Notes under the pieces: generated by a model
The model's input: the letters and a program-made list of their open reading frames with translations, nothing else
Told to the model about the DNA's origin: nothing
Database searches by the model: none
In this document: in pieces, positions 25,891-39,430 of the stretch
Position numbering within the stretch: the stretch's first letter is position 1
Layout of the letters: every line of letters starts with the position of its first letter
Assembly: GCF_001194135.2 (NCBI RefSeq)
Contig: NC_068996.1
Coordinates: 23,153,250 to 23,217,249 of the forward strand
Direction of reading: 5' to 3'
Source of the DNA: Octopus bimaculoides
Lineage: Eukaryota
Length of the DNA stretch: 64,000 nucleotides
Translations under genes and position numbers: made by a program

Positions 25891-26540
25891 CAGGAGTGGC
25901 TGTGTAGTAAGTAGCTTGCTTCCCAACCACATGGTTCCGGGCAACTGGCACATGGCATCTTGGGCAACTGTCTTCTACTATAGCCTCGGGCCAACCAAAG
26001 CCTTGTGAGTGGATTTGGTAGACGGAAACTGAAAGAAGCCCGTCGTATATATGTGTATATATATGTGTTTGTGTGTCTGTGTTTGTCCCCCTAGCATTGC
26101 TTGACAACCGGTGCTGGTGTGTTTATGTCCCCGTCACTTAGCGGTTCGGCAAAACAGACCGATAGAATAAGTACTAGGCTTAGAAAGAATAAGACCCGGG
26201 GTCAATTTGCTCGACTAAAGGCGGTGCTCCAGCATGGCCGCANNNNNNNNNNGGCCAACCAAAGCCTTGTGAGTGGATTTGGTAGACGGAAACTGAAAGA
26301 AGCCCGTCGTATATATGTGTATATATATGTGTTTGTGTGTCTGTGTTTGTCCCCCTAGCATTGCTTGACAACCGGTGCTGGTGTGTTTATGTCCCCGTCA
26401 CTTAGCGGTTCGGCAAAACAGACCGATAGAATAAGTACTAGGCTTAGAAAGAATAAGACCCGGGGTCAATTTGCTCGACTAAAGGCGGTGCTCCAGCATG
26501 GCCGCAGTCAAATGACTGAAACAAGTAAAAGAGTAAAAGC
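25891..26540 (+). mobile_element. CORE-type SINE with 254-bp duplication across a 10-N gap
   Basis: 25989-26242 appears identical to 26253-26506; probably an unmerged contig overlap. Confidence 0.8.
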
Positions 26541-28611
26541 TAGTTGTAACCGACATCATCAAAATGCAGGAGGAAACAAAGTTGCCGTGCGTGAGTATAT
26601 CCCACTCTACCCCAATTATCACACACCTCCTCGACACACACACTCATTATATTCCGATATAATCGTAACCTATACCATCTGGAAGGTAGTTGCAGAAAAT
26701 TTTATTTAGAAATATCCATTTTTCAGAAACTTAGGAAACAAAATTGGGTGGACACACTTCTGTAGTTATGAGATAGATATATAACGTGTATATAATATAG
26801 ACAATGTATATAAAAATATATAATACAATGAGTGTGTGTGTGCACTCAGAACGTGCGCGAGGGAAGAGACAATGTGCGTGGGTGTGTGAATGTACATTTG
26901 TGAAAGAGACAGAGAAGAGAAAGATAAGGAGAGAGAGAGAGAGAAAGAGTGTGTGTGGTGCATATAGGATCAAAAACAACATTTTATTTAACGCATAGCG
27001 TTTGCTGAATTCTAGACCGAATTGCATTATAGCCAAAATATTCATAATTCATTTTACATATGTACAAATAAAACAGCGTGGATTGTAGCTGCAGCAATCT
27101 GCACCCTTGCTTATTAGAATGTTGATTTCGGCAATATGCCATTGTAACAGTGTGTGTGTCTGTGTGTGCCTGTTTGTACATGTGCGCGGTGTCTGATGCA
27201 TCTGTATATTGTGCTTTGTGTATGTCAGAGATACACATGTATCTTGCGTTACTCATTAATTGATATGTGCTTGTCTTTGAGATACACCTATGTCATGTTT
27301 ATATATTTATACTACAGTGTTACAGTGTTACCGTCGTCATATGACAAGAAATGTTGGTGGGGTAATACTTTTTCCTCACTGTGCGTGGGTAATATTTATG
27401 ACATGATGTTACATCGATATATTAATTCATAATTCAACCTTTTTTTTTTTTTCGTTTTCAATTTTAAAAAATCATTTTTGTTTTACTAAAATAATGAAAT
27501 GAATGCTAATTTTCGAAGTAGAAATATTTATTAGATTAAAATAAAAACTAAAACAATTTTCTCGTGTCTATTTGCAATAAATGTATGCTATCACAATAAC
27601 AATGAATGTTTAACTATCAATTGCAGTAAACATGTAACATTCGAATAATATTCTCAGACGNNNNNNNNNNNNNNNNNNNNNNNNNNNNNNNNNNNNNNNN
27701 NNNNNNNNNNNNNNNNNNNNNNNNNNNNNNNNNNNNNNNNNNNNNNNNNNNNNNNNNNNNNNNNNNNNNNNNNNNNNNNNNNNNNNNNNNNNNNNNNNNN
27801 NNNNNNNNNNNNNNNNNNNNNNNNNNNNNNNNNNNNNNNNNNNNNNNNNNNNNNNNNNNNNNNNNNNNNNNNNNNNNNNNNNNNNNNNNNNNNNNNNNNN
27901 NNNNNNNNNNNNNNNNNNNNNNNNNNNNNNNNNNNNNNNNNNNNNNNNNNNNNNNNNNNNNNNNNNNNNNNNNNNNNNNNNNNNNNNNNNNNNNNNNNNN
28001 NNNNNNNNNNNNNNNNNNNNNNNNNNNNNNNNNNNNNNNNNNNNNNNNNNNNNNNNNNNNNNNNNNNNNNNNNNNNNNNNNNNNNNNNNNNNNNNNNNNN
28101 NNNNNNNNNNNNNNNNNNNNNNNNNNNNNNNNNNNNNNNNNNNNNNNNNNNNNNNNNNNNNNNNNNNNNNNNNNNNNNNNNNNNNNNNNNNNNNNNNNNN
28201 NNNNNNNNNNNNNNNNNNNNNNNNNNNNNNNNNNNNNNNNNNNNNNNNNNNNNNNNNNNNNNNNNNNNNNNNNNNNNNNNNNNNNNNNNNNNNNNNNNNN
28301 NNNGGGAAAACGAACATACGTGTGTTGCCTCTCTGCAAAATGTCAGAAGTAATGGAGATTAAATACGCTTTACACCGCTTCAACTGCCAAAGGCGTAACT
28401 GTAAACAGGTGAATACTTGTCAGTGATTGGTTGAAATTATCGAAATAAGACAATTTTTTACATGAAATTAATTCGAATACAAAAATTTTTTTCTGTTCTA
28501 TAACACAAAATAGATAAGTATACGAAGTTTGAAAGTCTTTCGGTACCAAAAACACTACATAAAACATAAATGAAAACTGGTGCCCTCGTTTTGAACTAGA
28601 TCCCATATACC

Positions 28612-29170
28612 CACACAGAATTGAAACGCTGTTTGATTTTTCTTTTCAGCGTTGAATGTTCACCATCCCACTTCCATTGTACACACAAACACACACGACT
28701 CTCTTTTATGTACACACACGCGTATACGCACGCAGAGTTGAAATGCTGTTTCATTTTTTTCACCATAGAACTTCTATCATCCCACTACCAAGTTTGCCAT
28801 CACCCCTTCCTTCTTTATTCATCTATCACCCCTTCCTTTCTCATTGATATGTTGCGACGGAGAAATACACAAAAGTATTATTATTATAGTAGAAGATATG
28901 GATGGTAAATCAAATTAATACACTTGTCAATGTTCACATACTTCCTTTGTACACGCACACATACTCACAGAGTTGAAATGCTGTTTGATTTTCCTTTTCA
29001 GCGTTGAACGTTCATCATCCCATTTCCATTGCACTCAAACACAAACATTCACATACCTCCATTTATATACACACACACATACTCATACAGAGTTAAAACG
29101 CTATTTTTTTTCACCCCTTTCTCATTCATATGTTGTGACGGAGAAAAACAGAAGATACACGACGCGCTCT
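28612..29170. repeat. Degenerate ~350-bp tandem duplication with four CAGAGTTGAAATGCTGTTT motifs
   Basis: Motif near 28615, 28733, 28966 and 29087. TTTTCAGCGTTGAA(T/C)GTTCA(C/T)CATCCCA occurs twice. Confidence 0.75.
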
Positions 29171-31153
29171 TTGCCACTTCCTCTTTTTCTCATTGCTATT
29201 ACTTTCTTTCACTCCCTTTCAGTCAGAGTTATTACTCTCATTACTTCTCCTTCACTGAATTAGTATTTTTTCTCCTCTCCCTTCACTTTTACTACTCTTT
29301 CTTCTACTGCATGTGTTATTTTGGACAAATACATATGTCGGAAATTCTGTCTGTGGGTGTGTTTGTGGAGTTAGCTAACTCCTCCTACATCGTTTTATGG
29401 ATTTTGATGAAACTTGACATCTGAGTAGAACTCGTGTCTGGAAATCTCATGGCATACTAAGATTGTTGAAAAAAAATCGACAATAGGGCCTCATATATAT
29501 CTAATAATATATTTTTTATTTTAAAAGCCAAGGGAAATAACCATTCATTTTCCTAAATTATTTGGTATAAATCAAATTAAGTATGCTTATTTCTTAGTAT
29601 ATGAATTGTTAGAGTTATTTTCACAATTTATCCAGTACAACCCTTAAACAAGTAAATAGTATTTTCCTAAACAATAAATCCACTTATTTCAGTTAGTGAC
29701 TTATTCACGAATATACCAACACTAGCGCCGCTGAGGGTAATATTCTCTGGGAATGCACAAAAGCCCTTTTCAGTGTTATTTACTTTGAATTGTTATTATC
29801 TCATATCTGATTAACCTGTTTTTACGTAACATGCTTCATGATTTTAGTACACATACCTTATTAGTATTTCCTCCTATGTTCTATATACTCTGAGAACGCA
29901 TTAAATCCCTTTTCGGGGCTACTTTATTTGAATTCTTACTATCGGGTTACTAATTTCATGTTATTACATNNNNNNNNNNNNNNNNNNNNNNNNNNNNNNN
30001 NNNNNNNNNNNNNNNNNNNNNNNNNNNNNNNNNNNNNNNNNNNNNNNNNNNNNNNNNNNNNNNNNNNNNNNNNNNNNNNNNNNNNNNNNNNNNNNNNNNN
30101 NNNNNNNNNNNNNNNNNNNNNNNNNNNNNNNNNNNNNNNNNNNNNNNNNNNNNNNNNNNNNNNNNNNNNNNNNNNNNNNNNNNNNNNNNNNNNNNNNNNN
30201 NNNNNNNNNNNNNNNNNNNNNNNNNNNNNNNNNNNNNNNNNNNNNNNNNNNNNNNNNNNNNNNNNNNNNNNNNNNNNNNNNNNNNNNNNNNNNNNNNNNN
30301 NNNNNNNNNNNNNNNNNNNNNNNNNNNNNNNNNNNNNNNNNNNNNNNNNNNNNNNNNNNNNNNNNNNNNNNNNNNNNNNNNNNNNNNNNNNNNNNNNNNN
30401 NNNNNNNNNNNNNNNNNNNNNNNNNNNNNNNNNNNNNNNNNNNNNNNNNNNNNNNNNNNNNNNNNNNNNNNNNNNNNNNNNNNNNNNNNNNNNNNNNNNN
30501 NNNNNNNNNNNNNNNNNNNNNNNNNNNNNNNNNNNNNNNATATATATATAGGGAAGATGAAAGAGGCTAAACCGTTAGCAGTAGGCCAGCTGATGCAGCC
30601 TTTGTTGAGATAACGAAAATTCGCTCACGTAGCGGCCAGAGAGTGTGCCAGTTGCATTTCGGTCTTTTTGCGTCTTTTCAGTGACATGTACTCGCAGTGA
30701 GCACATGCTTAGACGAGAGTTTTTGATATAGGAAAACAGGAATAAAACGTTCACTGATGTTGTAAATAGCCGTCCGGCTGATTAAAAATCCGGTATATGC
30801 AATTGAAGCTATACATTAAGTGATACATAGATGATTATTTTAAGAAAACTGCCTCATTTCCGAATACCGGATAAAATCTACAATTATTATTTCATTTATG
30901 TAACATTGTCTAATATTGCTAACAACGGCTAAAGTTTGATCCGTTATATGACGCGGTTAACTGTCTATTGAAAAATAAAGATATTTATACGCTGACAGCG
31001 AAACAGTATTTTGAAAGCTGTTAATTGCAAGTAGCAGTTAAAGTGGTAGAAATAGGAAAAAGGAAAAAAAACGAGAAGATAGAGAAGTAGTGATAGTTGA
31101 CGAAATGAAGGGAGAGGATGTGATAAATGGCTGTAATTGTAGGAGAGCTTTAT

Positions 31154-31364
31154 TACTCGTTTACTTGTTTCAGTCATTTGACTGTGGCTATGCTGGAGCA
31201 CCGCCTTTTAGTCGAGCTAATCGACCCCCAGGACTTATTCTTTGGAAGCCTAGTACTTATTATATCGGTCTCTTTAGCCGAACCGCTAAGTCACGGGGAC
31301 GTAAACACATCAGCATCGGTTGTCAAGCGATGTTGGGGGGACAAACACAGGCACACAAACATAT

Positions 31365-31445
<81 letters not shown>

Positions 31446-31612
31446 GGTACGACGGGCTTCTTTCAGTTTCCGTCTACCAAATCCACTCACAAGGCTTTGG
31501 TCGGCCCAAGGCTATGGTAGAAGACACTTGCTCAAGGTGCCACGCAGTGGGAATGAACCCGGAACCATGTGGTTGGTAAGCAAGCTACTTACCACACAGC
31601 CATTCCTACGCC
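31154..31612 (-). mobile_element. Full-length CORE-type SINE
   Basis: Reverse complement of the 5661-6057 family with expanded central microsatellite. Confidence 0.9.
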
Positions 31613-31740
31613 TAATAATATTTTTTAGAAACATTAATATAGACAGAGAGGAAGAGTAATTAGGTAGTGAGATTGTATATGTAAGGGTGTGGGTATGTCG
31701 ATGAGATACACCTTTATCTCTTAATATATTAATGTGTATA

Positions 31741-31955
31741 AGGCGGTGAGCTGGCAGAATCTTTAGCAGGCCGGGCAAAATGCTTAGCGGTATTTCGTCC
31801 ATCTCGACGTTCTGAGTTCAAATTCTGCTGAGGTTTACTTTGCCTTTCATCCTCTCGAGGTCGATAGAATAAGTACCAGTTTATTACTGGGATCGATGTA
31901 GTCGACTTTTTCCCTCCCCCTAAATTGGTGCCCTTGTGCCAAAATTTGAAACCAA
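31741..31955 (+). mobile_element. Meta-type SINE
   Basis: tRNA-like head plus CTTTGCCTTTCATCCTCTCGAGGTCGATAGAATAAGTACCAG (Meta/MESC-like domain). Confidence 0.8.
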
Positions 31956-32584
31956 TATATTAATGTGTATATTCTCAAGGTGTGTGCGAAACATGCGTTA
32001 CAAATCCGTATCACTGTTAAGATTTTTATTCAACAGATGTTCCTTTCATTCGTTTAAGTTATCCATTCCACCCTATGTTCGTTCACAAAACTTCCCAACA
32101 TTTTTGTACTCTTTCTGAGATCCGACAAGGACAGAATGTTTTACTGATAGAGCCTAAAAACACTGAAATAGGCCTGTACAACTGAAGGTCCCACTCACAT
32201 CACCACCACATCTCACAGCTAATTAATTTAGTTAGAATTTACTTTTTTTTTTAATTAAAATTTCGCGATTATCTCCGCTGTCTTTTTACATTAGTGCTAG
32301 TGATTTTTGAAATTAGTCTTCCCATAACTAAGGAGGAAATGTTTTAATTAGTTTAAAACAAAACGTCTTGGTTTGTAGGCTTGTGTCCATATAACACACA
32401 CACACACGTATATGTGCTTAGGCGTAGCTGTGTGGTAAGAAGTTTGCTTCTTAACCAGTGTTTCGGGTTCAGTCCCTGTGTGTGTCTTCTACCAAAACTT
32501 TGTGAATGTATTTGGTAGACGGAAACTGAAAGGACTTCCGATATGAAGCTCCCTCGCTCGCGCTAACGTATGTTTTCCCCCTAT

Positions 32585-32954
32585 TTTGTTGTTGGCACTC
32601 CGTCGCTTACGACGTCGAGGGTTCCAGTCTATCCGATCAACGGAACAGCCTGCTCGTGAAATTAACGTGCAAGTGGCTGAGCACTCCACAGACACGTGTA
32701 CCCTTAACGTAGTTCTCAGGGATATTCAGCATGACACAGTGTGACAAGGCTGACCCTTTCAATTACAGGCACAACAGAAACAGGAAGGAAGACTGAGAGA
32801 AGGTTGTGGTGGAAGAGTACAGCAGGGTTCGCCACCATCCCCTGCCAGAGCCTCGTGGAGCTTTAGTTGTTTTCGCTCAATAAACACTCACAACACCCGG
32901 TCTGGGAATCGAAACCGCGAGTCCGCTGCCCTAACCACTGGGCCATTGCGCCTC
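32585..32954 (-). mobile_element. Nin/Deu-like tRNA SINE with ~14-bp TSD
   Basis: Reverse copy of the 11196-11555 family. Flanked by TGTTTTCCCCC(C)TAT on both sides. Confidence 0.85.
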
Positions 32955-33499
32955 TGTTTTCCCCCCTATACAAGTACTTATGTGTGTATCGAGGTGTGTG
33001 TGTGTGTTGGATGGCTGCATGCAATCGTAGAATCAATGACAGTAGGAGAAAATGAGGTGTTCAAAGAATGCTATTGATTTATTTCGGAATGTTAACTACA
33101 TAGTTTTTTTCCCATCTTCACAAGGGTTTAAAACACATTTGTATATTACATATGAAAAATAGGAACGGTTTCACCCGCCAAGTGTTTTTAGGGGAAAAAA
33201 ACCCAATCAATCTCAATCGGGAATCGTAGTAAATTCGATAAATCAATATTTAAAAAAAAAAAATTGGTGGATCAAAGACAGCATATTTAATGTATACACG
33301 CCCTCACACATACACCAACGATAGCCTCTATATCAATGGTTCTCAACAAGGGTCCGTATGTGAGATTTTATTGTTAAAATCTATGTGCAAAATTGGTTCT
33401 ACTTCTACAATACCCAAAATATTTCAACAATTTCCGTAATACAATTCCTAATAATATTTAATCATAAAAATATAATTGGATTTTTTTTAAACATTGTAT

Positions 33500-34150
<651 letters not shown>

Positions 34151-34268
34151 CAGCATGACCTTGGCAAGTAAATTATAAAAGATTGTACGATTAGGAGGCC
34201 CTATCCGAGTAAAATACGAATGAAAGAGGTCCATAGGGATAAAATGGTTGAGAAATTCTGATCTACAT

Positions 34269-34436
34269 CAGTGCTCCGCAACCGGTATCCTTCGAGACGA
34301 TACTAGATGTGCTACAGTGTAACCTTAATATAATTTTTTTCCGTATATTTTTAGTTACATTTCTAGTTCAGGTGTGCCGCCATATTTTGAAAAGAATATA
34401 AGCGTAACGCAAGTGAATAATAGTTGTGGAGCACAG
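34269..34436. mobile_element. hAT-type MITE (168 bp)
   Basis: TIR CAGTGCTCCGCAAC / GTTGTGGAGCACAG. 8-bp TSD ATCTACAT at 34261-34268 and 34437-34444. Confidence 0.85.
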
Positions 34437-34771
34437 ATCTACATGATCGCTCGGCCTGCTAGATATAGCAGCTAAATTATCCCTTTCAATAGCACTTTAC
34501 GGCCTTTAAATTTCAGTTACTAAAAAAGAAAAAATAGCATGGCATGACTGAAATGCTTTTGATCAAGCTGACATAAGAGTATGTCACACACTATTTGCGT
34601 AAATTCTTGTCTTGCATAATATACACCTTCTGAATCACTTTCTCTTTCACAGTACACACTCTTACACAAACATGCTGGTTCTCATATACAAGTGTTTCTA
34701 TCTCTCCGTCTCTTACACACGCTCCTCTTTCTCATACATACATACACAAACACAGGCTGCATTCATCCTCT

Positions 34772-34806
<35 letters not shown>

Positions 34807-34845
34807 TTCTTGTATAGAATCTATTGAACTAAAACAAAAAAAATC

Positions 34846-35103
34846 AGTTGTATACTGCCAACTTAACGTGACAGTACCAATAACAGCTAGTCGTGCTACT
34901 TCAGGCTGATGACGAGCAAAGACTCAGAAACATGTCCCTGAATGCAGGCTAAGCTGGGTGGAGGAGTTTGTCTCCTTCTCGCAAAGATAAGGACACAGGA
35001 AATGTGTCAAGGCCTAATAGGAAGCGGTCCAGCTTCCTAGGGTTAAATAGCAGTAGTATATTCCCTTATTGGGACTGTCACGTTAAGTTGGCAGTATACA
35101 ACT
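34846..35103 (+). mobile_element. Inverted-repeat-bounded cassette containing a hammerhead ribozyme (Penelope-like or retrozyme-like)
   Basis: 38-bp arms at 34846-34883 and 35066-35103 with one mismatch; structured interior. Confidence 0.7.
34884..34956 (+). ncRNA. Type I hammerhead ribozyme
   Basis: TTCAGG-CTGATGA-c-GAG-caaaga-CTC-a-GAAAC-AT-GTC^CCTGAA. Helix I TTCAGG/CCTGAA extends to CAGCTAG/CTAAGCTG; palindromic helix III ACATGT; GUC cleavage site at 34934-34936. Confidence 0.75.
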
Positions 35104-36206
35104 ACTTTATCGCATCACTACTGCTTAAGTCTCTCTGACAGATTTAGAAATTTATTATTTCTAAAAAAAAATCAATTGTTTTTATAGCCTCGGGTTAAGT
35201 CTACACACCTTTATGATTAAATATGTTTGTCTCATCCGTGGTAATATAATCTTTTATGCAAACATATTGTGCCTGGCACCTTATTCTACAATGTGCCTTC
35301 GCCTTTAACTTCACCTCTAACCCAATAATTAATTTTATAAAGAAGGGTAAAAAAAAACAACTTATACTTCGTTATGTGCGTTAAAAATGTATGGCAATGT
35401 TTCGTTTTATAATGCAGAAAGTGAAATTACTCATGTCGGCAGAGATCGAAATTTGTTGGAAACTCGGTTGTAAAACGTAAGTGAAAGAATTGTGCTTAAA
35501 ATTTAAGTGATACCGACCTCGTGTAACAAAATGGTAATTAATTGTGGAATCGATATTTTGCAAAATAGTTTTGATTTTATTACAATTCTCTTAAATAATA
35601 AAGTAAAATGTAAGCAGTAGAAAAGATAATACTATCACCGTCATATAACTGCAGCCCACCAACAAAAGCACTAAAAGGGCAAGTGGGCGATTCACCAAAC
35701 GCGTCGATTGGTTAAATACAGCCATACTGCTCGCTAAATTAGGAATGAATCCTAACGATCCAAGAAAGTTAATTGTACAATGTTCATTGTATAGATACAA
35801 AATATTCCGTACAACAGAATTCTTTTCATTCACCTCATTTTCCTGTTGAAATACAGTTTGTTTTGTAATATAATGAAGGATTTATAAAAAAAAAAAAAGA
35901 ATAATAATTGTCTTTATGAAGCTGTTTTGAATATAAATTAGCCTGAAAATTTGAAGGAAGGTTTTAATTAGGATCACATTAAAACGAAGTTTATGTCCGG
36001 GGTGGTCTCAAACGGGTTGGAATCAAAAGGGTTGATTGCCATGATTCTCATTTATGCTTGTTGTATAAACACGGTCAACCATTTCTTTTATACGTAAGCA
36101 ATTTCGAAATAACTTTTCAAAGAAAAACTTTCAGATCATTGCCGAGTTTAATCGAGTACTACCGAACATTATTTTCAATTTTATTATGCCGATCTCAATC
36201 GACTAG

Positions 36207-36538
36207 AATTTTCTAGGAGTGAAACACTCCTAGAAAATTAAACGAAAACCGGCAGACGTAAAGAATGTGGACCGCACTCCCTTTCGTAATTATTATTATT
36301 ATTATTATTATTATTTTACAGAATCCCCCATTTTCGAGTACGGAGATTCTGATTCTGAAAAAAAAAACAAAAAAAAACGGCATTTTATAATTTTCATTTC
36401 CCACCCCACAAATTCTTCAATTTTCACTTTTTTGAGAATTATTTTCTTTTTTTTTTTTGCGAAATACGCAGAAAAATACGGAGATTATGATACTAAAAAA
36501 ATTTCAGAAAAAGTGAAAATTGAAGAATTTGGGGTGGG
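36207..36538. repeat. Perfect 15-bp-stem hairpin plus ~30-bp inverted repeat, probable DNA-transposon interior
   Basis: AATTTTCTAGGAGTG-AAA-CACTCCTAGAAAATT at 36207-36239. Inverted repeat arms at ~36400-36432 and ~36508-36538. Confidence 0.7.
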
Positions 36539-37510
36539 GCAGAGGTAAANNNNNNNNNNNNNNNNNNNNNNNNNNNNNNNNNNNNNNNNNNNNNNNNNNN
36601 NNNNNNNNNNNNNNNNNNNNNNNNNNNNNNNNNNNNNNNNNNNNNNNNNNNNNNNNNNNNNNNNNNNNNNNNNNNNNNNNNNNNNNNNNNNNNNNNNNNN
36701 NNNNNNNNNNNNNNNNNNNNNNNNNNNNNNNNNNNNNNNNNNNNNNNNNNNNNNNNNNNNNNNNNNNNNNNNNNNNNNNNNNNNNNNNNNNNNNNNNNNN
36801 NNNNNNNNNNNNNNNNNNNNNNNNNNNNNNNNNNNNNNNNNNNNNNNNNNNNNNNNNNNNNNNNNNNNNNNNNNNNNNNNNNNNNNNNNNNNNNNNNNNN
36901 NNNNNNNNNNNNNNNNNNNNNNNNNNNNNNNNNNNNNNNNNNNNNNNNNNNNNNNNNNNNNNNNNNNNNNNNNNNNNNNNNNNNNNNNNNNNNNNNNNNN
37001 NNNNNNNNNNNNNNNNNNNNNNNNNNNNNNNNNNNNNNNNNNNNNNNNNNNNNNNNNNNNNNNNNNNNNNNNNNNNNNNNNNNNNNNNNNNNNNNNNNNN
37101 NNNNNNNNNNNNNNNNNNNNNNNNNNNNNNNNNNNNNNNNNNNNNNNNNNNNNNNNNNNNNNNNNNNNNNNNNNNNNNNNNNNNNNNNNNNNNNNNNNNN
37201 NNNNNNNNNNNNNNNNNNNNNNNNNNNNNNNNNNNNNNNNNNNNNNNNNNNNNNNNNNNNNNNNNNNNNNNNNNNNNNNNNNNNNNNNNNNNNNNNNNNN
37301 NNNNNNNNNNNNNNNNNNNNNNNNNNNNNNNNNNNNNNNNNNNNNNNNNNNNNNNNNNNNNNNNNNNNNNNNNNNNNNNNNNNNNNNNNNNNNNNNNNNN
37401 NNNNNNNNNNNNNNNNNNNNNNNNNNNNNNNNNNNNNNNNNNNNNNNNNNNNNNNNNNNNNNNNNNNNNNNNNNNNNNNNNNNNNNNNNNNNNNNNNNNN
37501 NNNNNNNNNN

Positions 37511-37548
<38 letters not shown>

Positions 37549-37945
37549 GCACACATATGTGTGTGTGAGAGAGACTATAAAGCCCGTCGAGGTGAACGTT
37601 GCTTTACATTCCAGGTCAATAAGAAAAAATGCCTGGTGCTAGAAGTGTTGAAAACGTTAAATTTGCCTGTCCTGTGTAATCACATGTGATACTCAAGACA
37701 TATTTTCCTGGTTCCGTGCGTCGTATATGATATACATTAACAATATATCTTTTTAATCACCAGAGGAACTTGGGACTTAAGAAAGTAAAGCTTTATATAT
37801 TACTTAGAACATGAAACAAACGGTAACTAAAAGTCTGAAAACAAGCATGACAGGCAAAGGGTTAAGCTTAAGTAATGCATCTAGAAGTGACTATATAAGT
37901 CTGTTGTTTTTGGAAGCATGATTATTAATATGTATCTTATCCGGT

Positions 37946-38245
37946 GTGGAGGCGCAATGGCTCGCGGTCGTAGGATCACGGTTTCGATTTCTAGATCGGG
38001 CGTTGTGGGTGTTTATTGAGCAAAAACACTTAAAGCCCCTCGAGGCTCCGGCAAGGGATGGTGGCGAACCTTGCTATACTCTTTCACCACAACTTTCTTC
38101 CTGTATTTCAAGGGGCCAGCTTTGTTGCACTTTCTGTCACGCTGAATCTCGGGTACACATGTCTGCACGTTTATTTCACGAGCAAACTGTTCCGTTGATC
38201 GGATCAACTGGAATCTTCGTCGTTGTAACCGACGGCGTGCATACG
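37946..38245 (+). mobile_element. Nin/Deu-like SINE, internally deleted copy
   Basis: Colinear with 11196-11555. Confidence 0.8.
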
Positions 38246-38884
38246 TACGTATCTTATCTGGTATTTCCATCATTTAATAAGGCAGGCATTTGAATGAATG
38301 TTAGTGGGGATGAAAAGGGCACTGCGAAAACAAACAAAAAAAACCCACAAATTTTGCTTGGCAAAAATTACAGGAAAATGTTATATTTGTTTGAGGCTAA
38401 ATTAATCAAACCAAGTAATCATATGGGAACTGGCTGCGCTCTAGGAAGAAGACGAGGAGGTTCATTAAAGAAAACTTGCCGAATACCAGAAGTAGGTAGA
38501 GCTGGTAGATATGATGCAAAGCAATGTGTTGTGAAGCGTTCACTCAGCTAAGTTCTGATTGGGAAAGGAACTACAGGTGTAGCGAAGAGGAAAGTCATAA
38601 ATCATACACACACACACACACGTGCGTGTGATTGTGTTTGTGTTTGTCCTCGCTACCACCACTGCTTGATGACCAGTGTTGGTTTGTTTACGACCTTCAG
38701 CAAAAGAGACCAATAGCTTAAGTTACCAGGTTAAAAACAAATACTGAGAGTTAATTTGTTCAACTAAAACCCTCCAAGGCTATGCCCTAGCAACATCACA
38801 GTCCAATGACTGAAACAAGTAACAAAACAAAAAAAGATATTTAAGTCACATATGGCAGAGCAAAAAAGTCACAATTTTTTATGG

Positions 38885-39011
38885 CACAGGAGTGGCTGTG
38901 TGGTAAGTAGCTTGCTTACCAACCACATGGTTCTGGGTTCATTCCCACTGCGTGGCACCTTGGGCAAGTGTCTTCTACTATAGCCTTGGGCCGACCAAAG
39001 CTTTGTGAGTG
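38885..39011 (+). mobile_element. CORE-type SINE 5' part, ending at a gap
   Basis: Near-identical to the head of 5661-6057. Confidence 0.85.
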
Positions 39012-39430
39012 NNNNNNNNNNAATACACTAGGAAAATATTTGAGAGCCCCAAGTTTTGTTATTAAAAATGATAAAATATTTTAAATAAACAGCAATTATA
39101 GAGTTTTTTTTTTTTTTTAGTATTGTTAAGGTTTTTTTTTTTCAGTGATCCATAAAAGTATAGTTTGTTCTAAAATGTATATTTTCATAGGGTAGTTTAT
39201 TGAACAAATGCTCTATTCACTTGCTGCCGTGACTGATCAAAAGAATTTCTACTAATATTGTATTCGTGAATTATGAAACAAGGAACCGAAACATTTATAT
39301 TGACTCCACAAGCTTCCAGAATTTACTTGATAACCATATTTGCTCTGTACCAAAATTTACAAAGTTTATATAGAGCTATGAACATCTGGTTGTTTAATGA
39401 TGATGATGATGATGATAATGGATGATAACC

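Noticed and set aside
25989-26506. Tandem SINE duplication as a biological event
   Set aside because: Apparently identical 254-bp copies abut a 10-N gap, typical of an unmerged contig overlap.
28612-29110. CRISPR-like repeat-spacer appearance
   Set aside because: Eukaryotic context, irregular 118-233 bp spacing, homologous spacers, no cas genes.
32140-32185. CTGATAGAG...GAAATAGG ribozyme-like motif
   Set aside because: Core does not fit CUGANGA and the helices are absent.
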